A stretch of DNA of 64,000 bases, taken from NCBI RefSeq assembly GCF_006345805.1, contig NC_043005.1, positions 109,430,001 to 109,494,000 on the forward strand, written 5' to 3'. Shown piece by piece: positions 1 to 14,136 of this stretch. The notes under the pieces are model-generated. The model was not told the origin of the DNA and searched no databases. It saw only the letters and a list, made by a program, of their open reading frames with translations. Each line of letters starts with the position of its first letter. Positions within the stretch are counted from its first letter, which is position 1. This DNA is from Octopus sinensis. Taxonomy: Eukaryota. The position numbers and the translations under genes were made by a program.

Positions 1-3000
1 ATGGAGGCGATGATGATGATGACAAGGATGATGCTGATGACAACAAAGACAACGATGATGATGACGATAACGACGATGATGAGGATGACGACAACAACAA
101 TGATGATGGCAATGACAATGGAGGCGATGATGATGATGACAAGGATGATGCTGATGACAACAAAGACAACGATGATGATGACGATAATGACGATGATGAG
201 GATGACGACAACAACAATGATGATGGCAATGACAATGGAGGCGATGATGATGATGACAAGGATGATGCTGATGACAACAAAGACAACGATGATGATGACG
301 ATAACGACGATGATGAGGATGACGACAACACAATGATGATGGCAATGACAATGGAGGCGATGATGATGATGACAAGGATGATGCTGATGACAACAAAGAC
401 AACGATGATGATGACGATAACGACGATGATGAGGATGACGACAACAACAATGATGATGGCAATGACAATGGAGGCGATGATGATGATGACAAGGATGATG
501 CTGATGACAACAAAGACAACGATGATGATGACGATAACGACGATGATGAGGATGACGACAACAACAATGATGATGGCAATGACAATGGAGGCGATGATGA
601 TGATGACAAGGATGATGCTGATGACAACAAAGACAACGATGATGATGACGATAACGACGAAGATGAGGATGACGACAACAACAACAATGATGATGGCAAT
701 GACAATGGAGGCGATGATGATGATGACAAGGATGATGCTGATGACAACAAAGACAACGATGATGATGACGATAACGACGATGATGAGGATGACGACAACA
801 ACAATGATGATGGCAATGACAATGGAGGCGATGATGATGATGACAAGGATGATGCTGATGACAACAAAGACAACGATGATGACGACGATAACGACGATGA
901 TGAGGATGACGACAACAACAATGATGATGGCAATGACAATGGAGGCGATGATGATGATGACAAGGATGATGCTGATGACAACAAAGACAACGATGATGAC
1001 GACGATAACGACGATGATGAGGATGACGACAACAACAATGATGATGGCAATGACAATGGAGGCGATGATGATGATGACAAGGATGATGCTGATGACAACA
1101 AAGACAACGATGATGACGACGATAACGACGATGATGAGGATGACGACAACAACAATGATGATGGCGATGACAATGGAGGCGATGATGATGATGACAAGGA
1201 TGATGCTGATGACAACAAAGACAACGATGATGACGACGATAACGACGATGACGACGATAACGACGATGATGAGGATGACGACAACAACAATGATGATGGC
1301 AATGACAATGGAGGCGATGATGATGATGACAAGGATGATGCTGATGACAACAAAGACAACGATGATGACGACGATAACGACGATGATGAGGATGACGACA
1401 ACAACAATGATGATGGCGATGACAATGGAGGCGATGATGATGATGACAAGGATGATGCTGATGACAACAATGACAACGATGATGACGACGATAACGACGA
1501 TGATGGGGATGACGACAACAACAATGATGATGGCAATGACAATGGATGAGGCGATGATGATGATGATGACAAGGATGATGCTGATGAACAATGACAACGA
1601 TGATGACGACGATAACGACGATGATGGGGATGACGACAACAACAATGATGATGGCAATGACAATGGAGGCGATGATGATGATGACAAGGATGATGCTGAT
1701 GACAACAAAGACAACGATGATGACGACGATAACGACGATGATGAGGATGACGACAACAACAATGATGATGGCAATGACAATGGAGGCGATGATGATGATG
1801 ACAAGGATGATGCTGATGACAACAAAGACAACGATGATGACGACGATAACGACGATGATGAGGATGACGACAACAACAATGATGATGGCGATGACAATGG
1901 AGGTGATGATGATGATGACAAGGATGATGCTGATGACAACAAAGACAACGATGATGACGACGATAACGACGATGATGAGGATGACGACAACAACAATGAT
2001 GATGGCGATGACAATGGAGGCGATGATGATGATGACAAGGATGATGCTGATGACAACAAAAACAATGATGATGACGACGATAACGACGATGATGAGGATG
2101 ACGACAACAACAATGATGATGGCAATGACAATGGAGGCGATGATGATGATGACAAGGATGATGCTGATGACAACAAAGACAACGATGATGACGACGATAA
2201 CGACGATGATGAGGATGACGACAACAACAATGATGATGGCAATGACAATGGAGGCGATGATGATGATGACAAGGATGATGCTGATGACAACAAAGACAAC
2301 GATGATGACGACGATACGACGATGATGAGGATGACGAAACAACAATGATGATGGCGATGACAATGGAGGCGATGATGATGATGACAAGGATGATGCTGAT
2401 GACAACAAAAACAATGATGATGACGACGATAACGACGATGATGAGGATGACGACAACAACAATGATGATGGCAATGACAATGGAGGCGATGATGATGATG
2501 ACAAGGATGATGCTGATGACAACAAAGACAACGATGATGACGACGATAACGACGATGATGAGGATGACGACAACAACAATGATGATGGCAATGACAATGG
2601 AGGCGATGATGATGATGACAAGGATGATGACAACAAAGACAACGATGATGACGACGATAACGACGATGATGATGAGGATGAACGACAACAACAATGATGA
2701 TGGCGATGACAATGGAGGCGATGATGATGGATGATGGGGTGATGATGATGATGACAAGGATGATGCTGATGACAACAAAGACACGATGATGACGACGATA
2801 ACGACGATGATGAGGATGACGACAACAACAATGATGATGGCAATGACAATGGAGGCGATGATGATGATGACAAGGATGATGCTGATGAACAAAGACAACG
2901 ATGATGACGACGATAACGACGATTGATGAGGATGACGACAACAACAATGATGATGGCAATGACAATGGAGGCGATGATGATGATGACAAGGATGATGCTG

Positions 3001-6000
3001 ATGACAACAATGACAACGATGATGACGACGATAACGACGATGATGAGGATGACGACAACAACAATGATGATGGCAATGACAATGGAGGCGATGATGATGA
3101 TGACAAGGATGATGCTGATGACAACAAAGACATCGATGATGACGACGATAACGACGATGATGAGGATGACGACAACAACAATGATGATGGCAATGACAAT
3201 GGAGGCGATGATGATGATGACAAGGATGATGCTGATGACAACAAAGACAACGATGATGGACGACGATAACGACGATGATGAGGATGACGACCAACAACAA
3301 TGATGATGGCAATGACAATGGAGGCGATGATGATGATGACAAGGATGATGCTGATGACAACAAGACAACGATGATGATGACGACGATAACGACGATGATG
3401 AGGATGACGACAACAACAATGATGATGGCAATGGACAATGGAGGCGATGATGATGATGACAAGGATGATGCTGATGACAACAAAGGAAACGATGATGACG
3501 ACGATAACGACGATGATGAGGATGACGACAACAACAATGATGATGGCAATGACAAGGAGGCGATGATGATGATGACAAGGATGATGCTGATGACAACAAA
3601 GACAACGATGATGACGACGATAACGACGATGATGAGGATGACGACAACAACAATGATGATGGCAATGACAATGGAGGCGATGATGATGATGACAAGGATG
3701 ATGCTGATGACACACAAAGCAACGATGATGACGACGATAACGACAATGATGAGGATGACGACAACAACAATGATGATGGCAATGACAATGGAGGCGATGA
3801 TGATGATGACAGGATGATGCTGATGACAACAAAGACAACGATGATGACGACGATAACGACGATGATGAGGATGACGACAACAACAACAATGATGATGGCA
3901 ATGGCAATGACAATGGAGGCGATGATGATGATGACAAGGATGATGCTCTGATACAACAAAGACAACGATGATGACGACGATAACGACGATGATGGGATGA
4001 CGACAACAACAATGATGATGGCAATGACAATGGAGGCAATGATGATGATGACAAGGATGATGATGATGATGGGGTGATCTGATGACAACAAAGACAACGA
4101 TGATGACAACGATAACGACGATGATGAGGATGACGACAACAACAATGATGATGGCGATGACAATGGAGGCGATGATGATGATGAAAAGGATTGATGCTGA
4201 TGACAACAAAGACAACGATGATGACGACGATAACGACGATGATGAGGATGACGACAACAACAATGATGATGGCAATGACAATGGAGGCAATGATGATGAT
4301 GACAAGGATGATGCTGATGACAACAAAGACAACGATGATGACGACGATAACGACGATGATGAGGATGACGACAACAACAATGATGATGGCAATGACAATG
4401 GAGGCAATGATGATGATGACAAGGATGATGCTGATGACAACAATGACAACGATGATGACGACGATAACGACGATGATGAGGATGACGACAACAACAATGA
4501 TGATGGCAATGACAATGGAGGCGATGATGATGATGACAAGGATGATGCTGATGACAACAAAGACAACGATGATGACGACGATAACGACAATGATGAGGAT
4601 GACGACAACAACAATGATGATGGCAATGACAATGGAGGCGATGATGATGATGACAAGGATGATGCTGATGAAACAAAGACAACGATGATGACGACGATAA
4701 CGACCGATGATGAGGATGACGACAACAACAATGATGATGGCAATGACAATGGAGGCGATGATGATGATGACAAGGATGATGCTGATGACAACAAAAAGAC
4801 AACGATGATGACGACGATATAACGACGATGATGAGGATGACGACAACAACAATGATGATGGCAATGACAATGGAGGCGATGATGATGATGACAAGGATGA
4901 TGCTGATGACAACAATGACAACGATGATGAGACGACGTAACGACGATGATGAGGATGACGACAACAACAATGATGATGGCAATGACAATGGAGGCGATGA
5001 TGATGATGACAAGGATGATGCTGATGACAACAAAGACAACGATGATGACGACGATAACGACGATGATGAGGATGACGACAACAACAATGATGATGGCGAC
5101 AATGATGACATGGAGGCGATGGATGATGACAAGGATGATGATTGATGACAACAAAGACAACGATGATGACGACGATAACGACGATGATGAGGATGACGAC
5201 AACAACAATGATGATGGCGATGACAATGGAGGCGATGATGATGATGACAAGGATGATGCTGATGACAACAAAGACAACGATGATGACGACGATAACGACG
5301 ATGATGAGGATGACGACAACAACAATGATGATGGCAATGACAATGGAGGCGATGATGATGATGACAAGGATGATGCTGATGACAACAAAGACAACGATGA
5401 TGACGACGATAACGACGATGATGAGGATGATGACAACAACAATGATGATGGCAATGACAATGGAGGCGATGATGATGATGACAAGGATGATGCTGATGAC
5501 AACAAAGACAACGATGATGACGGGGGATGGGTGGGGGGGGGGGATGGGGGGATGATGATGATGACAAAGGGGATGATGATGACAACAAAGACACGAATGA
5601 ATTTAAGACGATGATGAGGATGACGACAACAACAATGATGATGGCGATGACAATGGAGGCGATGATGATGATGACAAGGATGATGCTGATGACAACAAAG
5701 ACAACGATGATGACGACGATAACGACGATGATGAGGATGACGACAACAACAATGATGATGGCAATGACAATGGAGGCGATGATGATGATGACAAGGATGA
5801 TGCTGATGACAACAAAGACAACGATGATGACGACGATAACGACGATGATGAGGATGACGACAACAACAATGATGATGCCAATGACAATGGAGGCGATGAT
5901 GATGATGGACAAGGATGATGCTGATGACAACAAAGACAACGATGATGACGACGATAACGACGATGATGAGGATGACGACAACAACAATGATGATGGCAAT

Positions 6001-6400
6001 GACAATGGAGGCGATGATGATGATGACAAGGATGATGCTGATGACACAAAGACAACGATGATGACGACGATAACGACGATGATGAGGATGACGACAACAA
6101 CAATGATGATGGCAATGACAATGGAGGCGATGATGATGATGACAAGGATGATGCTGATGACAACAAAGACAACGATGATGACGACGATAACGACGATGAT
6201 GAGGATGACGACAACAACAATGATGATGACAATGACAACGGAGGCGATGACAATGATGATGATGATGATGATGATGACGATGATGATGATGACTATGATG
6301 CTGCTGCTTACAACAATGACAACGATGATGACGACGATAACGACGACGATGATGGTGATGATGTTGATGACAACAACGATGACGAGGGTGATGATGAAAT
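1..6400. repeat. 117-bp tandem minisatellite built from GAT/GAC/AAC triplets, about 53 copies, starting before the window
   Basis: atggaggcg recurs at 1 and 118. One frame reads the 39-residue unit DDDDDKDDADDNKDNDDDDDNDDDEDDDNNNDDGNDNGG. There are scattered 1-2 bp indels, and the array decays to (GAT)n at about 6240-6400. Confidence 0.95.
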
Positions 6401-6929
6401 AAACCCCATAATGAAATAAACATCGGGATCAGCATAGATGGCTAAAAAATCTTTGAAAGTGATGTCTTAGCATGGCCACAGTGCAACGACTGAAATGGAA
6501 TCAGAGAAGGAAAGAATATCACTTATCTTTTCCTGATTCCTTGCTAAAACAGTTCCATCTTCTCTGCCTTATATTCATTCCATTTCTCAATATCATCACA
6601 AATTGTGGACACAGAAAGGAAAAAATAATAACGCAACAGATAAAATAAGCTGAGAATACGAATATAAGAAAAGTAAGAAAAAGAAATGAAAGTAAAAAAA
6701 AACAGTAAAACAAATATATATAACAAACACTAAAACAAAAAAAATGAAGTTTATTGACGCTATTTCTTATTTCATTATTGGGCCCTGGATGTGATTTACA
6801 GGATTTATGGACAGCTGGACATTTCTATTGGTTGGTAATCATTGGCAACATGTGACTTTTTCCTATTTTCAGAATAAAATCAGCAGTTAGCTCCCTTATT
6901 ATATAATCATATTCTTTGTTTCCACTTCC

Positions 6930-7196
6930 ATTTTGTGCCTACTTTCTCTTTGTCTCTCTCTCTCTCGCTCTTGGTCAGTGTCTCTTTCTCTTTTTCTTTC
7001 TCTCTTTCTCTCTCTCTCACTTTCTCAATTCTTTTCTGCTATCTCATTATCACACTCTGTAATCATGTATATATATTTATATATTTCTTTTCCAGTCTAT
7101 TAATCTATTGATTTGGGATTTTTGTATGTATATATAAATATATATATACATACATATATATATATATATATATGTATGTATTTATGTATATATATA

Positions 7197-7249
<53 letters not shown>

Positions 7250-7400
7250 ATATATAAGTATATATATATATATATATATATGTGTGTATATATATAAGTA
7301 TATATATATATGTATACTCACATATACATACACACACACACATAAATATATAGATACATATGTATGTCTGTATCTATATATATACAAATATATGTTTGTG
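6930..7400. repeat. (CT)n tract followed by compound (TA)n/(TG)n microsatellite
   Basis: Dinucleotide runs read directly from the sequence. Confidence 0.9.
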
Positions 7401-7749
7401 TGTGATTGGGTTGTATATACCATACTTGTTCATGTATAAATGCAGGTAATTTAATAAAGAACACCAGGACCAAAACCAGGCAGGGCTAGTGTTACCTGCA
7501 ATGTGAAAATATTGTAGAAAATTATACAATACAAAAATATAAAATTTATTAATTCTTAGGAACAGAAACTGGATACTGCATTGCATCTGAGATCACACTG
7601 CATTTGTATAAATATATGATATATATATATATACATATTTTATATACATATATATGTGTGTGTGCGTGTGTCTATGTATATATATATACATATATAGTTA
7701 ATCCAAACAAGAAAGCACAAAAGAAAGCACAAAAAAACATAACAACACA

Positions 7750-7912
7750 AGGACGTGGAACAAATATAGTATTATTGGACGCTCAGAAAATAAATGAAAG
7801 AAGGAAGGTTTAACGTTTCGAGCGGAGCTCTTCGTCGGAAACATAGGAGAAGGAAAGATCCAGAGAAGGGAAGACAGAGGAAAAAAATTGCCAACGGTAC
7901 ACACGAGGTTAC
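7750..7912 (-). mobile_element. Short Penelope-like (pLTR-type) fragment abutting (TA)n; carries a hammerhead-like motif
   Basis: Related to 22254-22446 and 59850-60030 around the hammerhead motif. It ends directly at (TA)n at 7913. The Penelope origin is inferred from the minimal HHR. Confidence 0.55.
7808..7842 (-). ncRNA. Minimal type I hammerhead-like motif, U4C core variant
   Basis: Minus strand reads GTTT-CCGACGA-A-GAGC(TCC)GCTC-GAAA-CGT-T-AAAC. Stem I is 4 bp, stem II is 4 bp, stem III is the palindrome ACGT, and the triplet is GUU. Confidence 0.6.
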
Positions 7913-7932
7913 ATATATATATATATATTTAT

Positions 7933-7968
<36 letters not shown>

Positions 7969-8033
7969 CATTTGTATAAATGCACAAATCCAGAGGAGAA
8001 GCACCATGCTCTAAGATATGGAGCAGTTAATAA

Positions 8034-8338
8034 TATAGTGGGGTTACACAGGGTTTGTCGCTCATAAGGAGTTTAGCCTTACAGCGTATCTTCAAACTCC
8101 AAACACTCCTGGGCTGAAACCTCTTTAAAATATGGAGTGGGAAAAAAAAACTCATTATGGCCAAAGATAGATGAACAATGGCAAAACACCTAGGGTTTTA
8201 CTTTTAAAATGTGGTTCTTTCCCACCCATAATTTATAGAGGTCTCAAGGCTAGCAATGTTTGGGGTCAGATAATACACCATAAGGCTAAACCTCTTTTGA
8301 GCAAGAAACCCAGGGTAACCACATAGACTGGCCTACCC

Positions 8339-8345
<7 letters not shown>
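8034..8345. mobile_element. Near-palindromic about 310-bp element with two outward-facing degenerate hammerhead copies
   Basis: The ends tatagtgggg (8034) and ccccactata (8345) are inverted. The arms are homologous over about 120 bp each. A solo arm sits at 20542-20645. Confidence 0.65.
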
Positions 8346-8371
<26 letters not shown>

Positions 8372-8374
8372 GTC

Positions 8375-8791
8375 AGGCATGGCTGTGTGGTAAGAAGCTT
8401 GCTTGCTTCAAAACCACATGGATTTGGGTTCAGTCCCCCTGCATGGCACCTTGGACAAGTGTTTTCTACTCAAGCTCCAGGTTGACCAATGCCTTGTGAG
8501 TGGATTTGGTAGGGAGAAACTGAAAGAAGCCCATTGTATGAGTGTGTATATATATTTGAATATCTATGTGTGTGTGATTTTATGTCCGTGTTTGTCCCCA
8601 CCACTTCCACCCCTTGACAACTGGTCTTGGTATGCTTATGTTCCCATAGGTTAGGGGTTCGGCAAAAGAGACTGATAAAATAAGTACTGGGCTTTAAAAA
8701 TAAATATTGGGATCAATACATTTGATACAAAATTCATGACGGTGCTGCAGCATGGCCTCTTCTAATGAAAGAAACAAGTAAAAGATGAAAG
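8375..8791 (+). mobile_element. tRNA-headed SINE family A, full length
   Basis: Head ggctgtgtggtaagaagcttgctt with B-box-like gggttcagtcc, central (TG)n, tail ggtgctgcagcatggcc...gaaacaagtaaaag. There are many related copies in the window. Confidence 0.85.
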
Positions 8792-8832
8792 ATAATGATC
8801 CCATGTGTGTGTATGTATGTGTGTGTGTGACC

Positions 8833-9142
8833 ATCAACACCACCACCACCACTCGCTACCACTGGACAACTGGTGTTGGTTTATATCCTTATAACTTAGC
8901 TGTTTGGTAAAAGACCAACAGATTAAGAGCCAGGCTTAGAGAAAAATTATTACTAGGGTCAATTAGTTCACGTAAAATCCCTTCAAGGTGATGCTCCAGC
9001 CTACCAAATCCACTCATAAGGCTTTGGTCAGCCTGGGGCTATAGGAGAAAACACTTCCCCAAGGTGCCATGTAGGGGGACTGAATCCAAATCTATGTGGT
9101 TGTGAAGCAAGCAAGCAAGCTTCTTACCATACAGTCATGCCT
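8833..9142. mobile_element. SINE A halves: 3' half on plus (8833-9000) fused to 5' half on minus (9001-9142)
   Basis: Homology to the SINE A copies at 8375 and 40105. Confidence 0.75.
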
Positions 9143-10837
<1,695 letters not shown>

Positions 10838-11818
10838 ACGGAGGAATTCAGGACAGGTTGCCCCTGGGAGCTCCTCTATGCTGATGACCTTGCTCTAATT
10901 GCTGAGTCACTATCAGAACTGGAGGAGAAGTTTCAGGTGTGGAAACAAGGATTAGAATCGAAGGGCCTTAGAATCAACCTAGCCAAAACCAAAGTCCTAA
11001 TAAGTAGGAAGGTAGATCAATCACAAACGCCTTCAGGTAGATGGCCCTGCTCGATCTGTAAAAAAGGTGTAGGTAGAAACTCTATAAGATGCACCAAGTG
11101 TAAGCTATGGACACATAAGAGGTGCAGCAATGTCAAAGGAAGGCTAACTAGGAAAATAGTTTTTGTCTGTGGCAAATGCTCAGGAGCAATAAACACTGGA
11201 AATGTGCAGAGACCAACTTAGGGAGACAAACTAGAAGTAGTTGATAGCTTCCACTACCTAGGAGACCAAGTCAGTAGCGGGGGTGGGTGTGCTGAAAGTG
11301 TAACTGCTAGAGTAAGAATAGCCTGGGCAAAGTTTAGAGAGCTCTTACCCCTGCTGGTGACAAAAAGCCTCTCGCTCAGAGTAAAAGGCAGACTGTATGA
11401 TGCATGTGTACGTACAGCCATGCTACATGGTAGTGAAACATGGGCCGTGACTGCTGAGGATATGCGTAAGCTCGCAAGAAATGAAGCCAGTATGCTCCGT
11501 TGGATGTGTAATGTCAGTGTTCATAATCGTCAGAGTGTAAGTTCATTGAGAGAAAAGTTGAACCTAAGAAGCGTCAGTTGTGGTGTGCAAGAGAGACGGC
11601 TGCGCTGGTATGGTCATGTGACGAGAAAGGCTGAAGATAGTTGTGTGCAAAAGTGCTACACCCTAGCAGTTGAGGGAACCTGTGGAAGAGGTAGACCCAG
11701 GAAAACCTGGGACGAGGTGGTGAAGCACGACCTTCGAACTTTAGGTCTCACTAAGGAAATGTCTAGAGACCGAGACCTATGGAAGTATGCTGTGCATGAG
11801 AAGACCCGGCAAGACTAG
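10838..11818 (+). pseudogene. RTE ORF2 remnant (reverse transcriptase with embedded C4HC3 finger)
   Basis: ORF-track segments 10937-11221 and 11357-11818 are joined through a frameshift. YADD lies upstream in the same frame as 10937. Confidence 0.88.
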
Positions 11819-13750
11819 TCAGGCCATAACCCGTGGCCCCTACCTGGGACGTAGTCAGTCCACCTGTGCATACCTTCCTTCTTGTGACACTTATGAAGAC
11901 CTGTTGAGGCAAGTGAAAATCAAATCAAAATAGATGAACATCAATGGAATTGTATTCTTTGTGGTACCAGTGCCGGTGGCACGCAAGAAAACCACCCGAA
12001 CGTGGCCGTAGCCAGTACCGCATCGACTGGCCTCCGTGCTGTGGGCACAACAAACACCATCCGATCGTGGCCGTTCGCCAGCCTCATCTGGCACCTGTGT
12101 CGGTGGCACATAAAAACACCATCCGAAGACCCGGCGATGTAGTCAGTCCACCTGCGCATACCTTCCCTCTTATGACACTTGTGAAGACCTGTTGAGGCAA
12201 GTGTGTGACACTTGTGAAGACCTGTTGAGGCAGAGGCAAGTGTGTGACACTTTGTGAAGACCTGTTGAGGCAGAGGCAAGTGTGTGACACTTGTGGAGAC
12301 CTGTTGAGGCAAGTGTGTGACACGTGTGACACTTGTGAAGACCTGTTGAGGCAAGTGAAAATCAAACCAAATCAAAATAGATGAACATCAATGGAATTTG
12401 TATCTTTGAGGTTCCAGTACCGGTGGCACACAAGAAAACCATCCGAACGTGGCCGTAGCCAGTACCGCATCGACTGGCCTCTGTGATGTGGGCACATAAC
12501 AAACACCATCCGATCGTGGTGGCCCCTACCTGGGAGTCCACCTGTGCATACCTTCCTTCTTGTGACACTTGTGAAGACCTGTTGAGGCAAGTGAAAATCA
12601 ACAAAATCAACAAATCAACAAATCAAAAAATCAAAACAAATGAACATCAATGGAATCTGTATCTCTGTGGTACCAGTGCCGGTGGCACACAAGAAAACCA
12701 TTCGAACGTGGCTGTAGCCAGTACCGCATCGACTGGCCTCCGTGCTGTGGGCACATAACAAACGCCATCCGATCGTGGCCGTTCGCCAGCCTCATCTGGC
12801 ACCTGTCCGAAGACCCGGCAAGACTAGTCAGGCCATAGCCCATGGCCCCTTCCTGGGACGTAGTCAGTCCACCTGTGCATACCTTCCTTCTTATGACACT
12901 TGTGAAGACCTGTTGAGGCAAGTATGTGACACTTGTGAAGACCTGTTGAGGCAAGTGCTAATCTAATCAAATCAAATGACACTTGTGAAGACCTGTTGAG
13001 GCAAGTGATAATAATAATAATAATAATAATCATAATCATAATCATAATCATAATCATAATCAAATCCAATCAAAACAAATCAAAATAGATGAACATCAAT
13101 GGAATTTGTATCTTTGTGGTACCAATGCCGGTGGCACACAAGAAAACCATCCGAACGTGGCGGTAGCCAGTACCACATCGTGCTGTGGGCACGTAACAAA
13201 CACCATCCGATTGTGGCCGTTCGCCAGCCTCATCTGGCACCTGTGTTGGTGGCACATAAAAACACCATCCAAAGACCCGGCAAGGCTAATCAGGCCATAA
13301 CCCGTGGCCCCTACCTGGGACGTAGTCAGTCTACCTGTGCATACCTTCCTTCTTATGACACTTGTGAAGACCTGTTGAGGCAAGTATGTGACACTTGTGA
13401 AGACCTGTTGAGGCAAGTGAAAATCAAACCAAATCAAAATAGATGAACATCAATGGAATTTGTATCTTTGAGGTTCCAGTACCGGTGGCACACAAGAAAA
13501 CAATCCGAACGTGGCCGTAGCCAGTACCGCATCGACTGGCCTCCGTGCTGTGGGCACGTAACAAACACCATCCAATCGTGGCCATTCGCCAGCCTCATCT
13601 GGCACTTGTGTCGGTGGCACATAAAAACACCATCCGAGCGTGGCCGTCTGCCAGCCGTCTGGCACCTGTGTCGTTGGCACATAAAAAAAAACACCATCCG
13701 AGCGTGGCCGTTCGCCAGCCTCGTCTGGCACTGTGTCGGTGGCACATAAA
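11801..13750 (+). repeat. About five tandem 290-460 bp copies of the RTE ORF end plus proximal 3' UTR, with nested 27-33 bp and about 55-60 bp subrepeats
   Basis: agacccggc restarts at about 11801, 12128, 12811 and 13273. The tagatgaacatcaatggaat block recurs near 11930, 12378, 12640, 13085 and 13440. Confidence 0.85.
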
Positions 13751-13879
13751 ATCACCCACTACACTCTCGGAGTGGTGGCGTTAGGAAGGGCATCCAGCTG
13801 TAGAAACACTGCCAGATCTGACTGGCCTGGTGCAGCCTTCGGGCTCCCCAGACTCCAGTTGAACCGTCCAACCCATGCT

Positions 13880-14028
13880 AGCATGGGTTGGACGGGTCAA
13901 CTGGGGTCTGTGAAGCTGGAAGGCTTCGTCAGGCCCAGTCAGATCTGGCAGTGTTTCTACGGCTGGATGCCCTTCCTAACGCCAACCACTCCGCGAGTGT
14001 AGTGGGTGTTTTTTACGTGCCACCTGCA
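13880..14028 (-). mobile_element. Short RTE 3' UTR copy fused tail-to-tail to the preceding RTE
   Basis: 3 mismatches in about 148 bp versus 18946-19097. It is cut off by (TA)n at 14029. Confidence 0.8.
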
Positions 14029-14029
14029 C

Positions 14030-14062
<33 letters not shown>

Positions 14063-14136
14063 CTAATATATATAATACATATAATATATATATATACATA
14101 TATATATACATACATATATATATATATACATACATA

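Noticed and set aside
5521-5600. G-rich interruption in the 117-bp array (similar ones near 2730 and 4070)
   Set aside because: These look like low-quality consensus within a collapsed repeat; there is no independent structure.
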